A stretch of 64,000 bases of DNA, taken from the NCBI RefSeq assembly GCF_009914755.1, contig NC_060939.1; one strand, given 5' to 3'. The notes beneath the pieces were generated by a model. It was given only the letters and a program-made list of their open reading frames with translations. It did no database searches and was not told the origin of the DNA. Of this stretch, positions 18,990-36,749 are shown piece after piece (positions within the stretch are counted from its first letter, which is position 1; each line of letters begins with the position of its first letter). The DNA comes from the human T2T-CHM13v2.0 reference genome, Homo sapiens. Both the position numbers and the translations under genes were made by a program.

Positions 18990-19380
18990 CTACTACTCTA
19001 ACAGAGATGCAGTCTCCGTCGCCACCTCCAACCACAGCCAGGTGAGCCGCGGTGGCCTAGGCTCCAGCCGCCAGCGTTGGGCATGGTCCCCACCTTCTCC
19101 TAGACCTCTAGCCGGTCAAGAGCAGCTCCAGCTGCCAGCCACCCTCCTACCGCTCAGGCTGCACTCTTACCGCTCCGGCTGCCATCTTACTGCTCCAGCC
19201 CCAATCCTACTGCTCAGGCTGCCCTCCTAACACTCCAGCTGCGCTGCCATCTCTGTTGCCACCACCATCCAGAGCGAGACGAGCCACGGTGTTACAGGCT
19301 CCAGCCTCCAGCTCCCCCTTCTCCTGGTCCTCTAAGCCGGGAACAGAGCAGCTCAGCGGGAGATACCGGAGACCCTAAAC
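18990..19380 (+). repeat. ACRO1-like satellite monomers with an internal 5 x 20-bp repeat (19141-19242)
   Basis: Two related units 'gcagtctccgtcgccacc.ccaacc.cagc.agg.gagcc.cggtg....aggctccagcc.ccagc...ttctcct.g.cctcta.gccgg'; a diverged third unit at ~17550-17710; ACRO1 similarity is from recall. Confidence 0.6.
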
Positions 19381-19816
19381 TGGCGTGAGGCCTACTCAGC
19401 ATGCACATGGGGTTACGCGCATGGTTTCTGGACTACGTGTTCTGATTGGGTGAGAGAAAATCTCTAGGCCTTCTCTGATTGGACTTTATTTTCATACACT
19501 GATTGGTTGTCCTAAGACTTTCTTTCATCCAATCAGAACATGATAACAAAGTCCAATCAGAGTAGGCCTCTGGGCTTTCTCTTATCCAATCCTGGAACGT
19601 GTAGTCCAGGAACCGCATATGCATAACTTCAGTACATAAATGGTGCTGAAGAAGAGTCAGGCTTTCCAGGTTCTTCTGTGTCTGCTCACCGAGCTGCTCC
19701 AAGCCCGGCTTAGAGGACCAGGACAGACTGGAGGCTGTAGCCTGCTGCACCGTGGCTGGCCTCCCTGCAGTTGGTGGCGACAGACACTGTAGTGTGGCTG
19801 GAAAGGTAGGAAGGGG
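19221..19816. repeat. Imperfect inverted repeat (palindrome), ~290-bp arms, centre 19517.5
   Basis: 19323-19341 cctggtcctctaagccggg is the exact reverse complement of 19704-19722; inner arms 19412-19509 and 19526-19627 align throughout. Confidence 0.93.
19440..19645 (+). promoter_or_regulatory. Candidate NF-Y (CCAAT) promoter with TATA-like box
   Basis: ATTGG at 19445, 19478, 19502; CCAAT at 19529, 19553, 19586; TACATAAAT at 19633-19641. Confidence 0.6.
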
Positions 19817-21110
19817 AAAATAGTGTTGGGATAGATGGAAGGGTAAAGAGGGTGGTTAGTGCCAAAAGGAAAAAAGGATGGCGAGCCGGAGAAGGCATTG
19901 CATAAAGACGGTGAGGAAAAGATGCTGGGAAAAAAAAAATTGGGGGGTAGATGGAGGGGGAAAAACAGGGTGGTGAACAGGAGGGAGGGAAGGTTTCACA
20001 GAAAGATGGTGGGGAAAAAGTTTTTGGGTAAATGGAAGGGGGTAAGAAAGGGTCGTGAGAGGGGAACGGGGATGAGCAGGAAGGAGAGAAGGTTTGCAAA
20101 AATATGGTGGGGAGAGAAGAAAGGGAAAGAAGACTGTGGGTAAAAAGATTTTGAGTAGATGGAGGGGGGAAAAGGGTGACAAGTGGGAGGAGAAAAGAGG
20201 TTGCAGAGAGGGAGGGGGAAGAGAGAGTGGTGAGCAGGAGGGAGAGAAGGTTTTGCAAAAAGACAGTGAGGAGAGAAGCTTTTGGGTAGATGGAGGGGGG
20301 AAAGAGGGTGGCCAGTGGGAGAAGGGTAAAGAGGGTGGCGAGCGGGAAAGAGAAAAGGTTTTGCGAAAAGACGATACGCAGAAAAGAAAGTGTAGAAAGA
20401 AAAGACAGTGGGTAAAAAGTGTTTGGGTAGATGGAGGGGGAAAAGAGGGTGGCAAGCGGGAGGAGAATAGAAAGTGTGGCCAGAGGAAGTGGGGAAAGAG
20501 GACTGGGAAAACGGCGATGGGGAAAATAGTTTGGGGTAGATGGAGGGCAAAAAGAGGGTGGCAAGCAGGATAGAGGAAAGAAGAGGGCGAGCGGGAAGAG
20601 GGGAAGGCTTTGTGAAAAGATGGCAGGGAAAAATTGGGGAGGTAGATGGGTTAAAAGAGCGTGGTGAGCAGGAGTAGAGAAGAGGCTTTGCAAAAAGACG
20701 GCGGGAAAATGTTTTTGGGTAGATGGAGAAGGGAAAGTGTGGCAAGGAGGAAGGGAAAAAAGACGATAGGGAAACAGTTTTTGGGTAGACGGAAGGGGAA
20801 AGAGAGGGTGGCGAGAAGCAGGAGTGGGGAGAAGGCTTTGGGAAAAGATGAGGGAAATGTTTTTGGGGAGATGAAGGAGCAAAAGAGGATGATGAGAGCG
20901 GGAGGCGGAATAAAGGGTGGCCAGAGAGAGGGAGAAAAGACGGTGCGGACAAGTTTTGGGGTAGATGGGTGGGGAAAACGGAAGTGAGCGGTATAGTATA
21001 GAAGGCTTTGCAAAAAGACAGTGGGGAAAAAATGGTGGGGAAAAAGTTTTGGGGTAGATGGAGGAAGAAAAAGGGTGGCGAGAGAGGGAGCCAAAGACGG
21101 TCGGGAAAAA
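19817..21110 (+). repeat. Purine-rich degenerate tandem repeat (~65-140-bp units, ~13 copies)
   Basis: Recurring TTTTGGGTAGATGGAGGGGGAAAAGAGGGTGGC...AGAAGGCTTTGCAAAAAGACGGTGGGGAAAA. Confidence 0.88.
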
Positions 21111-21174
21111 AATTCCTCCTGTTACTGATTTTTTAATACTCTTCCATTCCGGTCAGAAAAAATAATTAATATGA

Positions 21175-21490
<316 letters not shown>

Positions 21491-21979
21491 AGGATGTTGA
21501 ATTTTATTGAATGTTTTTATCTGCATCTATTGAGATAATCATATGATTTTTGTTTTAAATTCTGTTTATGTGGTAAATCACATTTATTGATTTGCATATG
21601 TTAAATAGTCCTTGCATCTCAGGAATAAAACCTATGTAATCACGATGAATTACATTTTTGATATGCTGATGGATTTGGTTTGCTAACATTTTGTTGAGGA
21701 TATTTGCATCTATGTTCATCAGATATTGGCCTGTAGTTTGTTGTTGTTGTTTCCTTGCTAGATTTTAGTGTCAGGATGATACTGGTTTTGTAGAATGAGT
21801 TAGAGAGGAATTCCTTCTCCTCAATGTTTTAGAATGGTTGCAGTAAGATTGATACCATCTATTTTTTTTGTACGTTTGGTAGAATTCAGCTGTGAATTCA
21901 TCTAGTCCTGGGCTTCTCCTGCTTGATAAATATTTTTATTACAAATTCAGTTTCATAATTAACTACTGGTCTGTTCAGA
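21491..21979 (-). mobile_element. L1 ORF2 fragment (RT region)
   Basis: 'ggatgttgaattttattgaatg...tctgcatctattgagataatcatatgattttt', 'gtagaattcagctgtgaattcatct'. Confidence 0.9.
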
Positions 21980-23033
21980 TTTTTTTAAATTTATAGAGAA
22001 AAAATATTTATTTGGTTTATAGTTGTGCAGGCAGTAGAAGCATGGGACCAGCACCTGCTCAGGTTTGGGTGAGACCTCAGAAAGCATCGAATCACCGAGG
22101 AAGGCAAAGGGAGGGCCAGTGTATCACGTGTCAAGAGAGAAATCAAGAGCAAGAAGGGGAACATGGCAGGGTGTTTTAAACAACCAGCTCTCGTGTGACA
22201 CAACAGAGCAAGGACTCGCTGATTGCCAAGGGGATGGAGCTAAGCAATTTATGAAGGGTCCACTCCCATGATTCAACACCTTCCACTAGGCCCACCACCA
22301 ACATTTAAGATCACATTCAACAAGAGATTTGGAGGTTAAACACATCCAAACAATGTCATTTCACCCCTATGGCGCCCAAATCTCATGTCCTTCTCATATT
22401 GCACAATACAATGTCATTTCATCCCTATGGCTCCCAAATCTCATGTCCTTCTCATATTGCACAATACAATTATCCTCCCCCAGTAGTCCCCAAAAATCTC
22501 AAGGTGTTTCAGCATCAACTCAAAAGTCCAAAATCTCATCTGAGCTTCAAGGTACATTCCTCCATCTATGAGCCTATGAGATCAAAACCAACTTATTTGC
22601 TTCCAATATTCAATGCAGTACAGGTGTTGGGTAAATATTCCCATTCCCAAATGGAGAAGTTGGGCAAAAGAAAGGGGCAACAGGCCTCAGGCAAATCTGA
22701 AACCCAGTAGGGCAGACATTAAACTTCAAGCTCCAAAATAATTCTTGATTTCATGTCCCGCATCCAGGGCACACTTGTGCAAGGGGTGGGTTCCCAAGAC
22801 CTTATGCAGCTCTGCCTCTGTGGCTTTGCAGTGTACAGTCACCATGGCTGTTATCTTGGATCAGAGTTGTGTGCCTGTGGTATTTCTAGGCTCAGGATGA
22901 AAGTTTCCCATGGCTCTACCATTCAGGGATCTCGAGGTGGCGGCCCCATTCCCACAGCTCCAGTATGTAGTGCCCCAGTGGGGACTCTGTGTGGAGGCTT
23001 CAATCCCACATTTCCTGTTGGCACTGCCCTAGC
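21980..23033 (-). mobile_element. MST-type MaLR fragment: internal 3' end (22359-23033) plus LTR (21987-22358) ending in a short poly(A)
   Basis: LTR start (reverse complement of cacatccaaacaatgtca); THE1/MST-int 'ccattcccaaatggagaagttgggcaaaagaaagggg', 'tgccccagtggggactctgtgtgg'. Confidence 0.85.
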
Positions 23034-25340
<2,307 letters not shown>

Positions 25341-25344
25341 TAAG

Positions 25345-25838
25345 ATTAAGTGGGGCTGCACGGCCAGACAAGCCCTGCTCCTGAGGCCGGGCAGGCTGCG
25401 CGCCTGCGATCCTGCGCCTGTGGTCCTGGGGCAGCCCGGACCAGCTCAGGAGAACCCGCGAGCCCAGCGGCGACTGCCCTGGGCTGGAGCCCCACCTGCC
25501 GGCGCGCCGCCTGGGAGCGGCTTCTGGGAGCCGGGCGGCCCCTGCCGTGCAGGGGCGCTGCTACTGCCCTTGCGAGGCTCACTGGGTCTAAGAGGTCGGA
25601 GGCTGGGAGTGTCGCTGCTGAAGGCTGTAGTGGACCGGCTGGATGGCGGATTCTGCGCTAGATCGCAGATTTGGGATCGCGGATGGGGGATTGGATCGCG
25701 GATTGGGGGTTGGAGCGGGAATTTGGAGCTGGATCGGGGATTTGGGGCTGGATTGGGGATTTGGGGCTAGGTGGGGGGCGGTGAAAAGGTGACACAGAGT
25801 TGTCGCGGCTCAGGAGCCGGTGGTTGGGTGTCTGAGAA

Positions 25839-25839
<1 letters not shown>
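25345..25839 (+). pseudogene. ANKRD18/ANKRD20A-family CpG-rich promoter and 5'UTR fragment (no coding sequence)
   Basis: CpG-dense; ends 'ggtgaaaaggtgacacagagttgtcgcggctcaggagccggtggttgggtgtctgagaag', recalled as the sequence just upstream of the ANKRD18/20A start codon; includes 'ggatcgcggatt(t)gggg' repeats. Confidence 0.65.
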
Positions 25840-26362
<523 letters not shown>

Positions 26363-27620
26363 GAGCCCAGGAGTTTGAAACCAGCCTGGGCAACATGGCA
26401 AAACCCCATCTCTACAAAAAATACAAAAAATTAGCCGGGCATGGTGGCACATACCTGTAGTTCTAGCTACTTGGGAGGTTGAAGTGGTTCTGCCTGGGAG
26501 GATCACTTGAGCCTGGGAGGTTGAGGCTGCAGTGAGCTGTGATTGTGCCACCGTGCTCCAGCCTAGGTGATGGAGTAAGACCCTGTCTCAAGAAAAAAAA
26601 ATCAGAACAGTTTCTCCCGGGAAGGTATACAAATGGCCAATAAGCACATGAAAAGATACTCAACCTCATTAGCCATCAGAACAAATGCAAATCAAAACCA
26701 AAATAAGATACCACTTCAGGGGAGCAGTGGTTCACACTTGTAATCCCAGCACTTTGGGAGGCCAAGGCAGGCCAATTGCTTGAGGCCAGGAGTTCAAGAC
26801 CAGCCTGGGCAACATGGTGAGACTCTGTCACTGCAAAAAAATAAAAATTTAGCAGCTGGGCACGGTGGCTCATGCCTGTAATCCCAGCACTTTGGGAGGC
26901 CGAGGCGGGTGGAGCACAAGGTCAGGAGTTCAAGACCAGCCTGGCCAACATAGTGAAACCCTGTCTCTACTAAAAATACAAAAGTTAGCTGCATGTGGTA
27001 GCACATGCCTGTAATCCCAACTACTCAGGAGGCTGAGGTGGGAGAGTCACTTGAACCCAGAAAGCAGAAGTTGCAGTGAGCTGAGACCACACCATTGCCC
27101 TCCAGCCTGGGTGACAAAGTGAGACTCTGTTTGAAAAAATAAAATAAAATAAAATAAAATAAATAAAAATTAGTAGGGTGTGGTGGCATGCACCTGTAAT
27201 CCCAGCTACTTGGGAGGCTGAGGTGTGAGGATCACCCCAGGAGGTCAAGGCTGCAGTGAGCTGTGATCATACCACTGCACTCCAGCCTGGACGACAGAGC
27301 GAGACCCTGTCTCAAAAAAAAGAGCTATCAGGCTGGGCGTGGTAGCTGTCACCTGTATTCCCAGCACTTTGGGAATACAGTGCTGGGAGGCGGGTGGATC
27401 ACCAGGTCAGGAGTTCAAGACCAGCCTGGCCAAGATAGTGAAACACCATCTCTACTAAAAATACAAAAATTAGCCGGGCATGGTGGCAGGTGCCTGTAAT
27501 CCCGGCTGAGCCAGGAGAATCACTGGAACCCAGGAGGTGGAGGTTGCAGTGAATTGAGATTACGCCATTGCACTCCAGCCTGGGCAACAGAGCAAGATTC
27601 TGTCTCAACAAAACAAAAAG
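26363..27620 (+). mobile_element. Cluster of sense Alus (partly nested) with a short L1M ORF2 fragment at ~26620-26718
   Basis: Alu consensus; 'atacaaatggccaataagcacatgaaaagatactcaac' L1 motif. Confidence 0.9.
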
Positions 27621-28042
27621 TTCTGATTTCATTTTAACCAGTACAAGATACAGGAAGGGAAGCTGCCCAGTGACGTTCTTGCTATTCAGCCATGGCCTCA
27701 AGGCAGCATTATTCATAACCATGAGTAGCGTGGCCTTTCTGAACAGCTTCTGAAAAGCACGTTTGTTACTGCAGCTTTGCAGTTTACCTCCTTCTACGTT
27801 CAGGGCTCAAACCCCGTTTAACACACGCCCCCTACTGGGCCATTGAGAACTGCTAGTCTCTTCAGGTCCCCTTCCATGCAGTGTGCAGGCTCCCTGTGCA
27901 CAACTCCCCTCCTCCTGTCCCTAGGGCTCCGCCTGAGCTCACATTCTGGCCTGCACTGCCAGATCTCCCTACAACCTCTCACCAGCTCCATCATCCTCTG
28001 ATCTGCCCCAGAGGCACATCTCTAAGAACACTAATGCCATCA

Positions 28043-28421
<379 letters not shown>

Positions 28422-29321
28422 AGGGGAGGGGAGATCAGGTGAGTTAAACTGGAGTTGGGGGGGAATGTTGGCCAAGTGGCAGGCAGGGTGGGCCTGGGCC
28501 TGAGGGACGCCATGGGCCCCTAGACTTGTTCCTGCTGACAGAGCGCCAGCGGCTGGGCAGGAGCATGAGCAAGGTGGGTTTGCATCTGTCACTGGAGGAG
28601 CGCTCCGAATGCTTCTCCGGACAAAAGCAGGAGGCTGCCATTGTTCACAGGATGTGAGATCTAATATGGTTCAGGCTGGGGCAAATCAGTGAAGATCAAA
28701 ATCCCTCATCTTCCACAATGAGGGACTAGAATCAAAGGTGGATGTGCTCCCGCCTGCTCACAAAGGGTCTTCACATGCCCCAGGGCCCTCCGCTGGGCAT
28801 GTGTGTTAGGCGACACACAAACAGCCTGAGGGTGCCCAGTCGCTGAGCAGCCCCAGACGCTGTGCCGTTACCGGCAGGCAGGGCCCTGCAGGAGACCTTC
28901 GCCTGCCCAGACCAGAGAGGCTGCAGGGGTGCTGTGGGGAGAGGGCCAGACGGCCACAACACAGCTGGGAATGGCTCCAGAGGGGAGGGTGGAGAGTGTG
29001 CTGGCCCATGGGAGGACTCAGAGAGGAGTTGTGTGTGTTTGGCGCTTGTGGACATGGTGTGTGGCAGTGTGAGCCAACAGGCCAACGGGCGGCAAGCATA
29101 GGAGGCTTTATGGATCCCCCTGAAGAACCACTGTGTGGAGGGGAAATGGCCCCCTGTGAGGAAAGTCCTAGCAGCCGGTGGAGCGCAACCAGATGCGGGC
29201 CCAGACTGATGGGGTCTCCATGGGAGCCCAGGTGGGAGGTGGAGGAGAAGGGAGACAGTGAGAAGGTTGTCACCAGGCCCTCACTAATACCCAGGGAGAA
29301 GCCCGTGTGCAAAGGAGGTGA

Positions 29322-29653
<332 letters not shown>

Positions 29654-30369
29654 GTGGAGGATGGGTTTATATTGGGAAAAACCAATCTTATCAAACTTGG
29701 TGAAAACGACCACAGGATGCAACCCTCTGGCCTGGGACCCACCCCATCAAGTGGGTGGGGGCTGACAAGAAAACAACAGCGGCTCCTGGACAGCTCCCAG
29801 CAGGGCTCACTGCTCGGGCCCGGCCTAGCGCTGAGTGGGGCTGTTCCTGGCCCGACAGCCTCCCGAGGCTGGCTGCCAACACCGCACCCTTCCCACCCGT
29901 GTCCTGGAAGTCCTCAGAGGAAACATCTGCCTGGAACATGACATCAGTAAATCGTTAATGAGACAGTCACTACATGACATAAATCCACTTAGCGGAGCCT
30001 CACCCTCACCTAGGAACTGGGTCACCAGCAAACTAACCACTTGGTGTGACTCTTCCATTAGGACTACATGTCCCCAGAGCCTCAGAGGCCAACGTTCCAA
30101 ACCAGGGACTCCACCCTTCTCCCAGAGAGAGGCAAAAACAAAACAATGTAACTGAAAACCGGGTTGTAAAAACCGGTGGAAGAGCTGGGAACAGTTAACA
30201 GGGTGTCTTTCACCTCTGTATGTAGGAGCCTAGGTGGAGCCACCAGCTGTTCAAGGGACGCCCCCTCCTGGGGGGTAAGAGGGCTCTCCAGAGCCAGTGA
30301 GGCGGGTGGGCAGGGTCCCTGTGCAGTGACACTGGTTGTTTCTGAGGCAAGCAGAACTCCTCCCTGCCC

Positions 30370-30711
<342 letters not shown>

Positions 30712-30794
30712 TCAGGCCACAAGGCAAAGTCTGACTCGGGGATCTCCATCCCACACCCGCCATCAACAGCAAACACATTAAAACTAAATGCCAC

Positions 30795-31115
<321 letters not shown>

Positions 31116-31558
31116 TCAGGGAACACACACAACACGCATACCAATAAGATCATGAAGAAGGAACGGCTGAAAAGTCCACCAATTGCAGTTTATTTGGAGT
31201 CTAGCCAAGTACCATTTGTATGTATGTTTCTCTCACTTTCTATTCTACCATGTGTTGAAGAGACCTATTTTTCCCTAACTGGCAGTGAAACATCATTAAA
31301 TATATGTACACATATATACACACACACAATATAGCATGTACACTTAACACACGTCCATGCATGGGTACTGAGAGAGCTTGGGCAAGTCAGGGAAGACCCT
31401 TATCTGAAGGACATACCCTTGGTGCCATTTGGGAGAACAAACTCCTGTTACTAGCATCACAACAAAAACAGGTGGCAAGCTTTAAAGATAAACTCAAGAC
31501 AGCGAGTGAAACTTCAACAAATACGTGTTAATATGACCATGAGTAAAAGGCCCTTCCT

Positions 31559-31856
31559 GGCCAGGCGCGGTGGCTCACGCGTGTAATATCAGCACTTTCA
31601 GAGGTTGAGGCAGGAGGATCACCTGAGATCAGGAATTCGAGACCAGCCTGGCCAACATGGTGAAACCCTGTCTCCACTAAAAATACAAAAATTAGTTGGG
31701 CGTGGTGGCAGGCGCCTGTAATCCCACCTACTTGGGAGGCTGAGGCAGGAGAATCGCCTGAACCCAGGAGGTGGAGGTTGCAGTGAGCCTAGATTGTGCC
31801 TTTGCACTCCAGCCAGGGTGTTAAGAGTGAAACTCCACCTCAAAAAAAAAAAAAAA
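31559..31856 (+). mobile_element. Alu (AluS)
   Basis: Full Alu; TSD aaaag(g/a)cccttcct. Confidence 0.95.
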
Positions 31857-32179
31857 GACCCTTCCTAAGAACAGCACTGTAACTCATGAGTTATTACTCA
31901 GATGCATCTGTCCATCTACCCGCCAACTCAGGTTCTCTCCATACACGCCTGTAAGTCACTGGGCTACTGGGAAACTGCATGGGAACACCATGTTCGTGCA
32001 ACCTGTCCCCACAGCCATCACTCCTCCCACAGCTCCTGGCTGCCCATGGCGCTTCCCTGCAGCAAACTCAGCTGCTGACTTCATAAAAGTCACACAGCTA
32101 GACCTGTCTGCACTCATCTGCTTCAATTTACAACAGACTCATCCACAAAACTGAAGTGGTAGAAACAGGTCTTTTTGAA

Positions 32180-32869
<690 letters not shown>

Positions 32870-33287
32870 TCACAGTCAAGTAAAAAGAAATGCAACTAAA
32901 AGAGCTGTCAGTTAAATACATTCCTCTCTAATGGCAGGACTAGTCTATAAGATTTGTTTTTAATTTAGAGTTTTTTTAATTTTTAAACCTTGTGAAACAT
33001 CAAATTATATGCTGAAGCTGTTACTTTCTGTCAAAAAAAGTGAGTTTTTAATATGAAAATTCTGCTTAGGTTAATTTTTTTTTTTAAAGCAAGTTTTATA
33101 CATCTGCGTGAATTGTTTCCTTTAGCACTAGTCAAACAGACTCCATAACCTTTCAAAGAAGTGCCTTCATTTATTTATGGGGCTTAGGACAGGAAAAAAG
33201 CTCTGGAAAAGGGAAATTTCAAAATAGGGCTTCAGCAGGGGCTCAGGTGGAGTGAGTAGTTTTTGATAAGGTCTGGGTGGGACTCAC

Positions 33288-33412
33288 TTCCAGGTGGTGA
33301 GGACAGCTCTCCCTGATCTCTCTATCAGCCTGCCCTGGGCCACAGAGACTGGCCCTGATGACTTCTCAGCTCCCAGTCAGCCCTGTCACCCTGGGCCAGT
33401 TCTTCATCTTAC
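33288..33412 (-). other. Candidate noncoding exon (125 nt)
   Basis: Minus strand: acceptor ctgtttctgtctccAG at 33413 and donor GAA|GTGAGT at 33287. Confidence 0.3.
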
Positions 33413-33937
33413 CTGGAGACAGAAACAGCCAGGATCATGGCAGGCTCTCTTTCGAAGGCAACAGGCAGGGCCACCAGGCTGCTGTGTGGCGAATACGACA
33501 TTACCCAGAGAAGCGGCCTGATGAGGTCCCCCGGCTCCTGCTGGCTCCCACCCACCTCCCACCTGGCTCCAGCCTACCTATCTGCCAGGTGGCTTTTGCA
33601 GCCCGGCAAACGCTCCCCAAGGCCACCATGCCTGTGTGTACAACCTTGTTGTTATTGTGGACAGTGTTCTCCCCTCAGAAGCTTATATTTTATACAGGTC
33701 ACCAGATCAAATTTGGCAGTGACTCGTTTTATAATGTCAATATGTATTTACAATTACTCACATTATCTTGAGTTCTCACCGCTGTTGTGTCCTTCCTGAA
33801 TTTTCATGTCGCATTGGGTCAGCTTCTCTTCTGCCTTTGGAGTCCCTGTTTAATATTACCTTTAGGGGCAGTCTGTCGGTAGCATATTTTTCCAATTTTT
33901 GCTTTTGGAAGAAGGCTTTGCTTCAACCCAGTGGTGA

Positions 33938-34274
<337 letters not shown>

Positions 34275-34489
34275 TTCCTCTCCTTTTTTTTTCCCCCAAA
34301 AGAAACGCGGAGTTGGAGACAGACTTATTAGCATTGAAGGGAGAGATCTGATGAAGAGAAATGGGGCCACATTGAGGCAGTGTCCTGGGAGGAGCTGTGA
34401 TTTTTACCTCTATCGGTGTTAGGGGGAAAGACGTGGACCAGGGTGGTAGCCAGTGGGCTAAGGGTGAGGCTCCCACCTCACAGGGAGGT

Positions 34490-35278
34490 GGAGAGAAAGA
34501 CATGGAGACAGAGAGACAGAGACAGAGAGGCAGAAACAGACAGACCCACAGAGAGAGAGGGAAACAGAGATGAAGAGACAGAAACACACAGACAGACAGT
34601 GATAGAAAAAGGGAGACACAGAAACAGAGGGACAGATACAGAGACGGAGAGAAAGACAGAGACAGATAGAGAGACACTAAGAGAGACACAGAGAGAGAAA
34701 GAGATGGAGACAGAGAGACAGAGACAGAGAAGCAGAAACAGAGACAGATACACAGAGAGAGTGAGACAGAGATGAAGAGACAGAAACACAGAGAGACAGT
34801 GATAGAAAGAGGGAGACACAGAAACAGAGGGACAGATACAGAGATGGAGAGAAAGACAGAGACAGACAGAGAGACACTAAGAGAGACACAGAAAGAGATG
34901 GAGACAGAGAGACAGAGACAGGCAGAAACAGAGACAGACACACAGAGAGAGGGAGACAGAGATGAAGAGACAGAAACACACAGAGAGACAGTGATAGAAA
35001 GAGGGAGACACAGAAACAGAGGGACAGATACAGAGATGGAGAGAAAGACAGAGACAGACAGAGAGACATAGAGAGAGAAAGAGATGGAGACAGAGAAGCA
35101 GAAACAGAGACAGACACAGAGTGAGAGAGGGAGACAGAGATGAAGAGACAGCAACCCACAGAGAGACAGTGATAGAAAGAGGGAGACACAGAAACAGAGG
35201 GACAGATACAAAGAAAGAGAGACACTAAGAGAGACACAGAGAGAGAAAGACTGACATATACATAGAAAGAGGGAGAGA
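34490..35278 (+). repeat. GA/GACA-rich minisatellite with a ~180-200-bp higher-order unit (~4 copies)
   Basis: Landmark 'gtgatagaaa' at 34599, 34799, 34991, 35169. Confidence 0.92.
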
Positions 35279-35613
<335 letters not shown>

Positions 35614-36244
35614 TTAGAGACATGGGGGATTTTCAGGTAAGGTGTTAGGATATGAAAGCAATGTCCTCTTCCCCTGGGGAGAGGCTAAAATAGGGAGAGA
35701 TGGGGAAGGAAATCCTTGGGGGAGCCCCAGGCATTAGTCCAACCAGGAGCACTAAGGGCCAGAACCAGAACATGTTACTTGGCCTGAGTGTGACTTCTGG
35801 TGTAAGAAAAACAGACCCTGAAGGTCTTTGTGAAACTTTAGTTTCTCCTTCTAAAGAAATGCCTGTTTATTTTACAGATGCAAAGGGTAACCACATTAAT
35901 TCCAAGGCAGTTTTCCAAAGTATTATAATGATCCCAACAAGAAAATGGCATTTCAGTTCAAATGTTACTGAGTTCCAGGGAAACGGTTAGATACCCAGGC
36001 TGTGGAACTGGGTTGGATGCAGGACTCAGGATCCAGAGACAAGGAAGGCAGCATCATAAGTCAGCCACCCATAAATGCAATATTATAACAGTCCCAATTT
36101 CTTTTTGAGGTTTGTTCCAATCAACAGCAACTGAAACACAACTCAGACTAAGTTAGGCAGAGAAAGAAAATTATTGACTTAATATAACTGTGAGATCCTA
36201 TGATGGAGCTGACTTCAGGATTCCCAAGGACTTAAGAAATCTCT

Positions 36245-36599
36245 AGATAGATAGATAGATAGAGACGTAGAGAAAAAAATAGATATAGATAGAATAAATA
36301 GATGATAGATAAATACATAGGATAGATAAATAGCTAGATGATAGGTAATATATATAGATATGTAGATGTTTAATAGATACATAAAATAGGTAGATAAATA
36401 GGATGAATAGATACATAATTGATAGATAACTAGGACAGATAGATACATGATAGATACATTGATACACAGGATAGATAAATGATAGATAAGATGGATAGAT
36501 ACATAGATAAATAGATTAGATAGGAGAGATGATAGATAGATGATAGATAGATAGATAGAATAAGATGGATGATAGATAGTCACATAAAATAAGATGGAT

Positions 36600-36646
<47 letters not shown>

Positions 36647-36740
36647 GATAGAGAGAGGGATAGAAAGATAGGATAGATGATGGGTAGATGGTTAGATAGA
36701 TAGGATAGATGATAGATAGATAATAGATAGATGGAATAAA
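36245..36740 (+). repeat. (GATA)n degenerate microsatellite
   Basis: GATA/TAGA repeats with a pure run at ~36601-36645. Confidence 0.95.
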
Positions 36741-36749
36741 TATCGTATA

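Noticed and set aside
19710-20952. 390-aa and 318-aa minus-strand ORFs
   Set aside because: Pro/Leu/Ser/Phe low complexity from the purine-rich repeat; several overlapping frames are open
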